DNA of 64,000 nucleotides, taken from positions 6,028 through 70,027 of the forward strand of contig DDWQ01000003.1 in assembly GCA_002345745.1 (NCBI GenBank). The letters are read 5' to 3'. Made by a program: the position numbers and the translations under genes. Positions 28,226-38,670 of the stretch are shown in pieces; positions within the stretch are counted from its first letter, which is position 1; each line of letters starts with the position of its first letter. Under the pieces are notes generated by a model, which saw nothing but the letters and a program-made list of their open reading frames with translations, did not search any database and had not been told where the DNA came from. This stretch comes from Candidatus Moranbacteria bacterium UBA2282 (GTDB lineage: Bacteria > Patescibacteriota > Minisyncoccia > Moranbacterales > UBA2206).

Positions 28226-29380
28226 CTAGCTTTTAATCGGCATCACAATATAAGTATAATCTTCCACAATTTCACCACTTTTCTCATTTATTTCCTTAAT
28301 AGCTACCGGTGAAGATTCACTATTCATCAAAATAGCCACTTTTGAAGTGGTAATAGTATTTATTCCATCTAGTAGGTATTTTGAATTAAAAACTATTTCC
28401 TGAGATGCTCCTACAATATCCACAACGACTTCAGAAGAGTTTTCACCTGACTCTACACTCCTTGCCTCAATGAGGGTTTTTTTATTGTCTGCGTCGATTT
28501 TAAGCACAATTTCATTAGTTTTACCATTTGCAAAAATACTTGATATTTTAATTGCACCTTGAATTATATTTTTTTCACCAACTATATTTGTTTTAAATTC
28601 TGTTGGCATAATGTGCTTATACTCGGGATATTTTCCGTTAATTAAGCGAGAAACTATCTGTACGCCATCTAATTCAAAAAATATTTGACCATCTTCAATT
28701 GCAATTTTCACTTCCTGATCAATATCCCCTGCTATTATTCTCGCTAATTCCACAAAAGTGTTTGCTGGAATAATTAGCGTGTCTTTTTTGTTTATAAAAG
28801 CAACATATTCACTATTAATATTTTTATCCTCTAATTTTAATTTATCTTCTACTAGGCGAAAACTATCTGTTGAAGCAAATATAATTTCGTTTTCCTTTAA
28901 AATTAAATTTATTCCTGTTAATTCTTGACGAGTTTCATTAAAAGCTACACAAGTTATAACTTTCGCAATTATATTTTTTAATTTTAAGCTTGATATAGTT
29001 AAAATAAATTCTGTGCTTTTTTTAGGTAATAATGGGAAATCATCTGCAGGTAACCCTTTTATTATAGCTTTAGCTAAACCACTTTGAATTTTAAGATTTT
29101 GATCAACTACCTCTAGACTAATATTCTCGCCTTGTGGAAGATTATTCGTAAAATTACTAATTAGTTTTGCTGGTATTGTTATTTTCCCTTCTCTTTCTAT
29201 TTTAGCTCCGATTTGAACAGAAACACCTATCTCAAGATTAGTTGCTGAAAGTTTTAAACGACCTTTTTCTGTTTCAAATAAAATATTATTTAAAATAGGT
29301 AGGGTATTTTGTTTAGAAACCATTCTTTCAGAATTAAAGATAGCTTTTTTAAAATTTTCCTGAGTACAAATTAATTTCAT
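28226..29380 (-). CDS. dnaN: DNA polymerase III beta sliding clamp
   Basis: MKLICTQENFKKAIFNSERMVSKQNTLPILNNILFE N-terminus, 384 aa, directly downstream of dnaA. Confidence 0.9.
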   Translation of the reverse strand: MKLICTQENFKKAIFNSERMVSKQNTLPILNNILFETEKGRLKLSATNLEIGVSVQIGAKIEREGKITIPAKLISNFTNNLPQGENISLEVVDQNLKIQSGLAKAIIKGLPADDFPLLPKKSTEFILTISSLKLKNIIAKVITCVAFNETRQELTGINLILKENEIIFASTDSFRLVEDKLKLEDKNINSEYVAFINKKDTLIIPANTFVELARIIAGDIDQEVKIAIEDGQIFFELDGVQIVSRLINGKYPEYKHIMPTEFKTNIVGEKNIIQGAIKISSIFANGKTNEIVLKIDADNKKTLIEARSVESGENSSEVVVDIVGASQEIVFNSKYLLDGINTITTSKVAILMNSESSPVAIKEINEKSGEIVEDYTYIVMPIKS

Positions 29381-29439
29381 AGTAGTTTATGTAAATAGAT
29401 TATTTAAATATATATTAAGTTATTGTTTATTATATAGTA

Positions 29440-29654
29440 ATTAAAATTCTGTGGATATCTTCTTTTTTTGGCTGTATGTAAATAAATTATATGTGGATAA
29501 TTATGTGTTTAATATATAATCTCAAGCTTGGTTTTAGGTGGAACAATGTATAAAATATTATTATTTGTTTTATAAAACACAGGTTATTGGAAAATAAATA
29601 CAGGGTTGTTAGGTATGTTGTTCCTGTCTCAAATAACAACTTATACACAGATTA
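29440..29654. promoter_or_regulatory. Candidate oriC segment (dnaA-dnaN intergenic) with DnaA boxes
   Basis: tgtggataa at 29492-29500 is a perfect reverse complement of TTATCCACA. tgtggatat at 29450-29458 and ttatacaca at 29641-29649 each have one mismatch. The region is very AT-rich. Confidence 0.55.
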
Positions 29655-31028
29655 TTAGATAATCGCATACAAGCGTTCCTTGAGAGTATTTATTTCAGAA
29701 ATTAATTTTTCATTATATTCTAATTCTTTAGATATTTTGTCATAAGCATGAATTGCGGTAGTATGATCGCGTCCGCCTAATTTCTCACCTATGCCGGGGT
29801 ATGAATATTGTAGTTCGCTCCGCATAAGATACATTGCAATTTGTCTTGGTTTGGCAATTTCTTTTTTTCTATTTTTTATTATTAAATCATTTGGCTCAAT
29901 ATCATAAAAGGAAGAAACAGTATCTATAATATGTTTATGGGTGATATTTTTCTTTTTTCCACTAGCAATAAGCTCGGAAAGTAGGGATTTTACGTAAGGC
30001 AAGTCTAATTCCTTATTACTAAGCTGTGCTGAAACAAAAACACGATTAAGTGCCCCTTCAAGCTCGCGGATATTATGGGTAATGTTTTGAGCAATAAAGC
30101 TTAATGCCTCGATTGAAATAGAAATATTTTCATCAGACACTTTTTTATTTAAGATAGCCATTCTTGTTTCAAGATCAGCCTTAGAAACATCAGCAATCAT
30201 ACCTCCTTCAAATCTAGATCGCAAACGTTCCTCAAGTGTGGGAATAGCTTTAGGTGCGCGATCACTGCTAAGTACAATTTGTTTGTTTAATTGATAGAGA
30301 TAATTAAATATATGAAAAAATTCTTCTTGCGTTTTTTCTTTGCCAGAGAGAAATTGTACATCATCAATAATTAAAAGATCTATTTTTTGGTAATGTTCTT
30401 TAAATTCATTTATTTTTTGCGTGCGGATTGAGTCAATAAGTTCATTAGTAAAACGCTCAGAAGTAATATATTTTACTTTCTTATAGGGATTATGTTTAAG
30501 AATTTCATTGCCAATAGATTGTAATAAATGAGTCTTTCCTAAACCAACACCACCATAAATAAAAAGCGGATTATATATTCTTCCAAGACTTTGTGAGACT
30601 GCATAACAAGCAGCACGCGCCAATTCATTACTGCCACCAACAATAAAATTTTCAAAAGTATATTTTAGATTAAGGTTATTCTCTTGGCTTATATCATGGT
30701 TTTTTTCGGAAAAAGAGATCGGTGAACTTATTTTTTTAGGAGGGCGTATCGCATCTATATTATTTTTCTTTATGTTGCTATGACTAGTTTCTATAGCACA
30801 AGAAACCTCCTTAATATCGCTTTGAATATTTTTTAATGCACGCAAAATATAGACATTATATTTATTTTCAAGCCATTCTTTAGCAAAGCCATTAGGAACG
30901 CTAATGATAACACAGCCATTAGCACTGGAAAGGATAGAAGTATTTTTAAACCATGTAATAAAATTAGCTTTCGAAATTGAAAGTTCTATTTCCCCTAAAG
31001 CGGCTTGCCAGAGCTCTTCGTTGGTCAT
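29655..31028 (-). CDS. dnaA: Chromosomal replication initiator DnaA
   Basis: AAA+ Walker A GGVGLGKTHLLQSIGNE; C-terminal DNA-binding domain; 457 aa. Confidence 0.9.
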   Translation of the reverse strand: MTNEELWQAALGEIELSISKANFITWFKNTSILSSANGCVIISVPNGFAKEWLENKYNVYILRALKNIQSDIKEVSCAIETSHSNIKKNNIDAIRPPKKISSPISFSEKNHDISQENNLNLKYTFENFIVGGSNELARAACYAVSQSLGRIYNPLFIYGGVGLGKTHLLQSIGNEILKHNPYKKVKYITSERFTNELIDSIRTQKINEFKEHYQKIDLLIIDDVQFLSGKEKTQEEFFHIFNYLYQLNKQIVLSSDRAPKAIPTLEERLRSRFEGGMIADVSKADLETRMAILNKKVSDENISISIEALSFIAQNITHNIRELEGALNRVFVSAQLSNKELDLPYVKSLLSELIASGKKKNITHKHIIDTVSSFYDIEPNDLIIKNRKKEIAKPRQIAMYLMRSELQYSYPGIGEKLGGRDHTTAIHAYDKISKELEYNEKLISEINTLKERLYAII

Positions 31029-31302
31029 AAAAAGTGAAATTTAAAAATAAGACCCCTCTGTAGATTAGATTATATCACGCCGAAAAACAGATGTCTAAGT
31101 TAAATGTGTATAAAGGTGTTAATAAACTGTGTTTAATTTAAAGAATGAGTACTAATTAAGGTATATTACGAATTTATAAATAATGCAAGTCTTTATTTAA
31201 GGGAGCATTAAAATATCTTTGATGACAAGCCTTTCATTGACTTTAGTATAAATAATTGATAAACTTTTTAATAGAGACATAATTTATAAAGCACTTAATG
31301 TT

Positions 31303-31440
31303 ATGAGTCAAACATATCAACCATCAAGCAAGAGAAGAAACAATAGAAACGGATTTCGTAAAAGAAACGAAACAGCGACGGGACAAGCAATCCTAAAAAG
31401 ACGCAGAACTAAAGGAAGAAAACGACTTACAACAGCTTAA
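31303..31440 (+). CDS. rpmH: 50S ribosomal protein L34
   Basis: Not in the ORF track (45 aa). Translation MSQTYQPSSKRRNNRNGFRKRNETATGQAILKRRRTKGRKRLTTA matches the L34 pattern (TYQPS.KRR...GFR.R......G...L..RR.KGR..L). A TTGACT-17-TAAACT promoter lies upstream. Confidence 0.8.
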   Translation: MSQTYQPSSKRRNNRNGFRKRNETATGQAILKRRRTKGRKRLTTA

Positions 31441-31459
31441 TTAATTTTAACTTTCAACA

Positions 31460-31813
31460 ATGCTTCCTTTTAAAAATAGGCTAGTAAAGCGGAAAGAACA
31501 CGAACAAGTTCAAAAACTTGGTAATTTTACTTCTTCAAAAAATATAGCTATAAAGGCTATGAAGAATAATTCACAGGAAACGCGGATTGGTGTTATTGTT
31601 GGTCTTAAATATTCCAAGAAAGCCGTTGAAAGAAATCAAGTAAAAAGAGCATTGCGTGATATTGTTCAACCAGAATTGAAAAACATCGTAAGAGGCTATG
31701 ATATTGTGATTATGGCGAGAAAAAAAGAAGAAGAGAAAACGCGAAGCATTAATTTTAAAAAAAATATTCTAGAAGCACTAGAAAAAGGCCAGTTATTGAT
31801 AAATAAAAAATAA
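31460..31813 (+). CDS. rnpA: RNase P protein component
   Basis: 117-aa basic protein immediately after rpmH with N-terminus MLPFKNRLVKRKE (RnpA-like). Confidence 0.8.
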   Translation: MLPFKNRLVKRKEHEQVQKLGNFTSSKNIAIKAMKNNSQETRIGVIVGLKYSKKAVERNQVKRALRDIVQPELKNIVRGYDIVIMARKKEEEKTRSINFKKNILEALEKGQLLINKK

Positions 31814-31826
31814 ATAAAATAAACTA

Positions 31827-32588
31827 ATGGGAACACTGTTTCATATTACTATCTACCAACCAATATATAATTTGTTAGTTTTCGTTTACAATATTGTTCC
31901 TGATTTTGGCATAGCTATCATCATAATAACGATTTTTATAAAATTTTTATTAATACCCTTAAGTCGCAAGCAGATTGAATCCCAAAAGAAAATGCAGGAA
32001 CTGCAGCCGAAAATCAAGGAATTGCAGGCTAAATATAAAAATGACAAAGAAAAACAAAGTCGTGCAATGGTGGAATTGTATAAAGAGAGTAAATCCAATC
32101 CATTTTCCGGTTGTTTGCCGATGATTATTCAATTAATTTTTTTAATTGCCATCTATCGCGTGTTATTTAATATTTCCGAGGCTGGTTTAATAATTAACCC
32201 AATAGATTTATACAGCTTTATTCCAAATCCAGGTCAAATTAACAAGATGTTTCTAGGAATGGTGGATCTTTCATCTGCTTTGAATTTTTCCAGTCTAGCT
32301 CTAAGTAGTCTGCCACACATTATATTAGTGCTCTTAGCTGCTGGATCACAGTTTATTCAAACAAAAATGTTAATGGCGAAGCAAATAAATAATACAAACA
32401 AAAAAAATGAAGATGATTTTGCTCAAATAATGTCGAAACAAATGTTATTTTTAGGTCCAATTCTGACATTGTTTATCGGAATTAAATTTCCAGCCGGACT
32501 TGCTCTATATTGGCTTATTTCAACTGTATTTATGATTGTGCAACAAAAACAGATGGAAAAAGGGGAAACATTGGAAATTACAAAATAA
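31827..32588 (+). CDS. yidC: Membrane protein insertase YidC (short form)
   Basis: IAIIIITIFIKFLLIPLSRKQ...MQELQPKIKELQAKYK...NPFSGCLPMIIQ is the conserved YidC/Oxa1 core. Confidence 0.85.
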   Translation: MGTLFHITIYQPIYNLLVFVYNIVPDFGIAIIIITIFIKFLLIPLSRKQIESQKKMQELQPKIKELQAKYKNDKEKQSRAMVELYKESKSNPFSGCLPMIIQLIFLIAIYRVLFNISEAGLIINPIDLYSFIPNPGQINKMFLGMVDLSSALNFSSLALSSLPHIILVLLAAGSQFIQTKMLMAKQINNTNKKNEDDFAQIMSKQMLFLGPILTLFIGIKFPAGLALYWLISTVFMIVQQKQMEKGETLEITK

Positions 32589-32613
32589 AGATTATCAACT
32601 AAGGTTTAAATAT

Positions 32614-33108
32614 ATGGAACAGAAACAAGAAGACCTAGAGGAAATAGTAAAAGAAACTGTAAGCGAGTTGTTGGAAAAGCTTGGTTTTAAATGTGAAATT
32701 GAGGTTACGAGAGAAATTGAAGAAGAATCTAATGAAGCGAGAGAAGTTGTTGTGTGTAACATTAAAACAGAAGAATCAAATTTTCTAATCGGACAATATG
32801 GTGTTAATCTTCAATCATTGCAACACATCGCTAGAATGTTAGTGCGTAAAAAAACTGAAGATAGAGCCAATTTTATTTTAGATGTGAATTTTTATCGCAA
32901 AGAAAAAAATTCGTCCATAGTTTCCTTAGCTAAAAATATTGCACAGCAAGTAGTAACTGAAAAAAGAGCGATTATTCTTCGCCCAATGTCACCGTATGAG
33001 CGTAGATTGGTGCATATGGAACTTTCAAAAAATACAGACGTTATTACTGAAAGTATTGGTGAAGGTGAAGATCGTAAAGTTATAGTTAAGCCGGTAGAGG
33101 CAAATTAA
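32614..33108 (+). CDS. jag: Jag/KhpB-like RNA-binding protein (KH + R3H domains)
   Basis: C-terminal R3H motif YERRLVHMELSKNTDVITESIGEGEDRKVIVKP; position after yidC. Start set at MEQKQED. Confidence 0.8.
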   Translation: MEQKQEDLEEIVKETVSELLEKLGFKCEIEVTREIEEESNEAREVVVCNIKTEESNFLIGQYGVNLQSLQHIARMLVRKKTEDRANFILDVNFYRKEKNSSIVSLAKNIAQQVVTEKRAIILRPMSPYERRLVHMELSKNTDVITESIGEGEDRKVIVKPVEAN

Positions 33109-33121
33109 AAATTCCAAGCAT

Positions 33122-34546
33122 ATGGTTATTGCTAGAAAAATAGCCTATAATGTCGTTATAAGTAGTATTTCTAAAGTACTTTCGACAATCCTTGCCTTGG
33201 TTGCTATTGGTTTTATTACACGATATCTAGGCAAAGAAGGCTTTGGAAATTATGCCACTGTGTTGGCATTTTTGTCTTTTTTTGCAGCCATTTCTGATCT
33301 TGGATTATATTCTATTGTTACCCGAGAAATATCTCGCGCGGGAGCTGATGAAGAAAAGATACTCGGTAATATTTTTTCTATTCGATTGCTGGCAAGCTTA
33401 GCTATATTTTTATTTTCGCCGATTGTGATTTTCTTTTTTTCTTATCCAAAAGAAGTCAATGAAGGCATAATTATTGTAGCAGCTTCTTTGCTTTTTTCTT
33501 CTGGCTACCAAATTTTAAACGGTGTTTTTCAAAAGAATTTAGCTATGGATCGGGTAGCCATTGCGGAATTGGTTGGAAAAATTATTCAAGTTGCTATTGT
33601 AATTTTAGTTATTAATGCTAAATTAAGCTTTGCTTGGATAATTTCAGCATTACTGTTTAATATGATAACAAGTTTTAGTATTGTATTCTTTTTGGCTAAA
33701 AAATATGTGCGTATTCATTTGCGTTTTGATTTTGATTATTGGAAGATTTTTTTGAAAGAATCAATGCCAATGGGCATTGCCACGATTATAACTTTTACCT
33801 ATTTCAAAATGGACACAATTCTTCTTTCTGTGATGAAAAGCAGTTCTGACGTTGGAATTTATAACGTGGCGTATAAAGTATTGGAAAATATTACCTTTTT
33901 CCCAGCTATGATTGCTGGCTTAGTTATGCCTATTATGGCACATACCATCTTTACCAACCGGAATCGTTTTGAAGATATTTCCAATAAAACATTCAAGGTT
34001 TTTATTGTGCTAGTTGTGCCACTAATTGTAGAAACTTTGTTTTTAGCAGATGATGTTATAAGATTAATTGGCGGGGCGGGTTTTGTTGAATCTGGTCAGG
34101 TTTTACGAATTTTAGTTTTTGCGCTAGCTTTCATTTTCTTTGGACAGTTTTTTAACACATTGTTAATTGTGGGAAATATGCAGAAGCGATTAATGTGGAC
34201 GCTAAGCATTGCAGCTGTGACTAATATTGTATTAAATTTAATCTTCATTCCACAATTTTCTTATATAGCCGCGGCTTACACGTCATTAATTACAGAGTTT
34301 GCTGTAGTTTTACTTACTGCATATATGACTATAACAAAATTAAAATATACACCAAAAATAGAAAAATTACCTATGATTATTTTGGCAGGTATTCTGATGG
34401 CTGTGTTTTTGTACATATTTAATGGGTTTAACTTTTTTATGCTAGTTGTCTTAAGCTCAGCTTTGTATTTCGCACTTCTTTGGATTTTTAATGCCATTGA
34501 AACTGCTGAAATAACAAGCTTAATTAGCAAGAAAGAAGAACAATAG
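33122..34546 (+). CDS. Polysaccharide/oligosaccharide flippase (Wzx-like, MOP superfamily)
   Basis: 474 aa with ~12-14 TM helices; typical Wzx N-terminal region. Confidence 0.7.
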   Translation: MVIARKIAYNVVISSISKVLSTILALVAIGFITRYLGKEGFGNYATVLAFLSFFAAISDLGLYSIVTREISRAGADEEKILGNIFSIRLLASLAIFLFSPIVIFFFSYPKEVNEGIIIVAASLLFSSGYQILNGVFQKNLAMDRVAIAELVGKIIQVAIVILVINAKLSFAWIISALLFNMITSFSIVFFLAKKYVRIHLRFDFDYWKIFLKESMPMGIATIITFTYFKMDTILLSVMKSSSDVGIYNVAYKVLENITFFPAMIAGLVMPIMAHTIFTNRNRFEDISNKTFKVFIVLVVPLIVETLFLADDVIRLIGGAGFVESGQVLRILVFALAFIFFGQFFNTLLIVGNMQKRLMWTLSIAAVTNIVLNLIFIPQFSYIAAAYTSLITEFAVVLLTAYMTITKLKYTPKIEKLPMIILAGILMAVFLYIFNGFNFFMLVVLSSALYFALLWIFNAIETAEITSLISKKEEQ

Positions 34547-34565
34547 TAATAATAATCTAAGTAAT

Positions 34566-35426
34566 ATGCAAATATTTCCAAAAGTTTTTATTATAATTTT
34601 GAATTATAATGGCAAAGCTGTTATTAAAAACTGCTTAAAAAGTGTTTTTAAGATGACTTATCCAAATTTTGAAGTTGTTTTGGTTGATAATAACTCGACT
34701 GATGGGTCTTTGGAGCTAGCTAAGGCTAATTTTTCTAAGATAAATTTCATAAAAAATGAAGAAAATCTTGGATTTGGTACTGGAAATAATATTGGAATTC
34801 GTTTTGCTTTGGAGCGAATGGCCGAATTTGTTTTAGTATTAAACAATGACACTGAAGTAGATAAGGATTTTTTAACCAAGCTTATTGAGGTGGCACAAAT
34901 AGATGAAAAAATAGGACTTCTTAGTCCAGTCATTTTTAACGGACACACTAAACAAACTTGGTTCTCCGGTGGAAAGATTAATTGGCTAAAAATGCGAACA
35001 GAGCATATTAAATCTATTAAAACAGAAGATTATTATCCGTCTAGTTTCATAACTGGTTGCAGTATGTTGGTTCGTGCAACTGTTTTCAAAGAAATTGGCT
35101 TGTTTGATGAAGACTTTTTTCTCTATTGGGAGGATGCGGACTTCAGTCACAGAGCCAATAAAGCTGGCTTTAAGAATATGATTGTTACGGGTAGTTGGGT
35201 ATATCACTTTGAACAAAGTGAAAAATACCAAGCTAACAAAGTTTATTGGCTGGTTGTTTCGGGACTTATATTTTTTAAAAAAAATACTCCTTTTTGGTTA
35301 CGACCTTGGATTAAGATATATATAATAGGCAGAAAAACAAAAAACTGGTGGGATAATAGATTTAGAAAAAATGAAATTACAGGAATGGTAAAAAGGGCCT
35401 ATATTGATTTTAAGCGTGCTTATTAA
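34566..35426 (+). CDS. Family 2 glycosyltransferase
   Basis: VFIIILNYNGKAV...VVLVDNNSTDGS...LVLNNDTEV...YWEDADFSHRA are GT2 motifs. Confidence 0.8.
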   Translation: MQIFPKVFIIILNYNGKAVIKNCLKSVFKMTYPNFEVVLVDNNSTDGSLELAKANFSKINFIKNEENLGFGTGNNIGIRFALERMAEFVLVLNNDTEVDKDFLTKLIEVAQIDEKIGLLSPVIFNGHTKQTWFSGGKINWLKMRTEHIKSIKTEDYYPSSFITGCSMLVRATVFKEIGLFDEDFFLYWEDADFSHRANKAGFKNMIVTGSWVYHFEQSEKYQANKVYWLVVSGLIFFKKNTPFWLRPWIKIYIIGRKTKNWWDNRFRKNEITGMVKRAYIDFKRAY

Positions 35427-36212
35427 ATGCAAAATTCTAACAAACTCTCGGTTATAATTGTAAATTATGCGAGCAAGCACTATCTTATTGCTTGCATTGC
35501 TTCTATTTACGATAAAATCGGTTGTGACAATCTGGAAATTATAGTAGTTAACAATGATTGTCGAGAAGATTTGGGTTTTCTTAGCCAATATCAAAACTTA
35601 ACTGTTGTTAATTTGGCAAATAATGTTGGCTTTGGAACGGCTAATAATATCGGAGTAAAAAAAGCAACTGGAAAATATATTCTATTTCTTAATCCAGACA
35701 CAATTATTGACACTGCCAACATAAAAGCAGTGTTTGAAGAAATGGAACAAGATTGCCAACTTGGAATGGTAGGCGCTAAAGTATTAGATATAAATAAAAA
35801 CATTCAAAAATGGAGCTTTGGACAGGAAGAGGTCAATTTAAGAAGCTTAATAATGGCAAATCTGCCTATTTTTAAAAATAAGCAACCAATATTTGACAAC
35901 AAGAAAGAGCTCGCTTGGGTTAGTGGCGTAGCATTTATTATGTCAAAACAACTCTTTTTGCAAATAGACGGTTTTGATGAAAAAATCTTTTTGTATTATG
36001 AAGATGTTGATTTGTGCAAGCGAGTTAAAAAGCAAGGCAAAAAAATTAAGGTTTCTTCGGAAATAGTTATAACGCATTTTGGTAGTGGAAGTCATAATGA
36101 CAAAAATAAACAAAAAATGGACTATTTTTTGGCACAAGATTACTATTTTAAAAAACATTTTGGCTTGATTATATATGTTATAGTTAAAATATTAAGGAAA
36201 ATTTTTGCATAA
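35427..36212 (+). CDS. Family 2 glycosyltransferase
   Basis: LSVIIVNYAS...IIVVNNDC...LFLNPDTII...LYYEDVDLCKRV are GT2 motifs. Confidence 0.8.
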   Translation: MQNSNKLSVIIVNYASKHYLIACIASIYDKIGCDNLEIIVVNNDCREDLGFLSQYQNLTVVNLANNVGFGTANNIGVKKATGKYILFLNPDTIIDTANIKAVFEEMEQDCQLGMVGAKVLDINKNIQKWSFGQEEVNLRSLIMANLPIFKNKQPIFDNKKELAWVSGVAFIMSKQLFLQIDGFDEKIFLYYEDVDLCKRVKKQGKKIKVSSEIVITHFGSGSHNDKNKQKMDYFLAQDYYFKKHFGLIIYVIVKILRKIFA

Positions 36213-37500
36213 AAAAATAAATATACGCGTTATGTTTGATGTTTTTATTCTAATAGTTTTATATTTGCCGTTTCAGTTAGCATTAAATCCGGCAACGGGT
36301 GTTGATTTGGCCTCTATTCGCGTTTTAATTATTTTGTTGTTTGCTTTTTGGTTAGCACAAGGATTAAAAAGAAAAAATATTCAAATAAAGAATAATTTGC
36401 AAACCTGGCTAATCATATCATTTTTATTTTTAAATACTTTTTCTATTCTTGTCGCTAAAAACAGCGATTGGTCTATACGAAAATTGCTGTTTCTTTTTTC
36501 CATTTTTCCTATTTTTTTTGTGGCGAGCCAGCTAATTTCAACCAAAAATAGGGCATTGCGAGTTGTTAATGTTCTTGTTGGGAGTGCAACAGTGATTGCA
36601 GGAATTGGCATATTGCAATTTTTATTACAATTTCTGCTCGGTCTGGACGCCGTATATGATATTTGGGCTAATTTTGTAATTAGTCCATTTTTAGGGACTA
36701 GTTTGAGTGAGGCAGTCCTAAAAAATCCAAGTTGGCTGGTGAATATTTCTGGTCAAACATATTTGCGGGCAACGTCCCTTTTTCCAGACCCGCATATGCT
36801 GGCATTTTATTTAGGTCTTTCGTTGCCCCTTGCTGGGGGGTTGTGGTTTTCAGATAAAAGCCGAAAATGGCTAATAATAAGCAGTTTCAATCTTATTTTA
36901 ATAGCAGATCTCTTAACGTTTTCGCGAGGTGGTTATATGGGATTATTCGCCGGATTAATTTTTCTGGGATTATTTTTTTCTAAAAATATTTTCCAAAAGT
37001 ATAAAAAAATAGTTATACTTGTTTTTTGTCTCGGTGTAGCGTTTATAATTATTCCATCACCAATTTCACAGAGATTTTTTTCTAGTTTTAATGTGAAAGA
37101 AGGCTCTAATCAAGGTCGAATGGTGATGTGGGAAAAAGCTGTAGCGGTAGCACTCGCACATCCGCTAATGGGTGTTGGTATTGGCAATTTCCCCCTAGAG
37201 GTCAAAGCAACAGCAACTTATCGCGAGCCTATTTATGCACATAACACATATTTAGATATTGCAGTTGAAACTGGTTTGGTTAATATGCTTGTTTGGGTGG
37301 GTATTTTAGCAACAACTATGTGTGGTTTTTGGAAAAAGACTAAAAAAGACAATTTTTTTCTTGCCACTCTAGTTAGTTTAGTTATTTTTTCCACCCATTC
37401 CCTAGTTGAAACAGCCATCTATTCTCCTGTTGTGTTAACACTTTTTCTGATTATAATAAGTTTATATAATTTAAAAACAGAAAATGAAGAAATTTCTTAA
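36205..37500 (+). CDS. O-antigen ligase/polymerase-like (Wzy_C) polytopic membrane protein
   Basis: ~10-12 TM helices; an O-antigen-ligase-like loop region (AHNTYLDIAVETGLV). Confidence 0.6.
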   Translation: MHKKINIRVMFDVFILIVLYLPFQLALNPATGVDLASIRVLIILLFAFWLAQGLKRKNIQIKNNLQTWLIISFLFLNTFSILVAKNSDWSIRKLLFLFSIFPIFFVASQLISTKNRALRVVNVLVGSATVIAGIGILQFLLQFLLGLDAVYDIWANFVISPFLGTSLSEAVLKNPSWLVNISGQTYLRATSLFPDPHMLAFYLGLSLPLAGGLWFSDKSRKWLIISSFNLILIADLLTFSRGGYMGLFAGLIFLGLFFSKNIFQKYKKIVILVFCLGVAFIIIPSPISQRFFSSFNVKEGSNQGRMVMWEKAVAVALAHPLMGVGIGNFPLEVKATATYREPIYAHNTYLDIAVETGLVNMLVWVGILATTMCGFWKKTKKDNFFLATLVSLVIFSTHSLVETAIYSPVVLTLFLIIISLYNLKTENEEIS

Positions 37501-38656
37501 ATTAGAAAATTTTATTTATTTGACGATAGTTTCGCTACCGCTATATTTGATTCGCTTTTCTATTTTTGGTTTGCCAACTAATGTTTTTGAAATAATGGCA
37601 TTGGCGTCAATAATAATGTTTTTTATAAGCGCTAGGAGCCTAAAAAATGAGCTGAGAGCTTACTCCAAATATTTTATACCCATTGGACTGATAATCGGAG
37701 GACTGGTGCTCTCAATGCTGTTTAATGGTTCATATCGCACAGGGCTAGGTGTTATAAAAAGTTGGTTTATCATCCCATTGATATTTGCTTTTATTGCCAC
37801 AGTCAGCTTGCAAGAGGAAAAAAAGAAAACAATCTTTAGTGCTATATATATTTCAGCTTTTTTAGTCGCTTGCGTAGCGTTGGGTTATTTTTTGCTAGGC
37901 AAAATTACTTTTGACGGTCGCTTGCAAGCAATTTTTAATTCGCCAAATTACTTGGCTATGTATTTATCACCAGCCATTATAATTGGTTTGGTTAATTTTA
38001 AAAAAAATAAAAAAAGCTACACCTTTTCGTTACTTATTATCGCAAGCGTGCTATATCTTACTTTTTCGTATGCTGCATGGTTGGCAGCATTAATTTCATT
38101 GGGATTAATTTGGTTTTTGCAAAAAAGAATTGGTAAGAAGTCAAAAAATATAAGCTGGATTATTATAGGTATGATAATTGTGATATTTTGGCAACTTGGA
38201 ACAGTGAAGATGACAAATTTAATCCATTTGACCGAGCGATCATCTTTGGCATCGCGAATGATGATTTGGCGGTCAGCCGGCAAAATGATAATAGATAATC
38301 CAATAATAGGTATTGGTCCGGGTAATTTTCAAACTAAATATCTGGCATATCAAAAATATTTTCCACCATATTTAGAATGGGCTGTTCCCGAGCCACATAA
38401 TCTTCTACTAGCCTTTTGGTTGCAAACTGGAATAATAGGTTTAGTGGGTTTTATAACTTTAATGTTTATGTGGTTTAAGGCGCTGGCAAAAGAAATAAAT
38501 AATTTGTCAGAAAATACACTTATAGCGTTGGCTATTGTAGCAATGGTGCTTGTCCACGGTTTTTTGGATACAACATATTTCAAAAATGACCTAGCTGTTT
38601 TGTTTTGGTTAACCTTTTTAGCTTTGAAAAAGAATCGAAGCCGTAGCGAGTATTAA
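37484..38656 (+). CDS. Second O-antigen ligase/polymerase-like membrane protein
   Basis: Polytopic, with PHNLLLAFWLQTGIIGLV, an O-antigen-ligase-like motif. Confidence 0.6.
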   Translation: MKKFLKLENFIYLTIVSLPLYLIRFSIFGLPTNVFEIMALASIIMFFISARSLKNELRAYSKYFIPIGLIIGGLVLSMLFNGSYRTGLGVIKSWFIIPLIFAFIATVSLQEEKKKTIFSAIYISAFLVACVALGYFLLGKITFDGRLQAIFNSPNYLAMYLSPAIIIGLVNFKKNKKSYTFSLLIIASVLYLTFSYAAWLAALISLGLIWFLQKRIGKKSKNISWIIIGMIIVIFWQLGTVKMTNLIHLTERSSLASRMMIWRSAGKMIIDNPIIGIGPGNFQTKYLAYQKYFPPYLEWAVPEPHNLLLAFWLQTGIIGLVGFITLMFMWFKALAKEINNLSENTLIALAIVAMVLVHGFLDTTYFKNDLAVLFWLTFLALKKNRSRSEY

Positions 38657-38670
38657 ATTAAAAAATCTTC

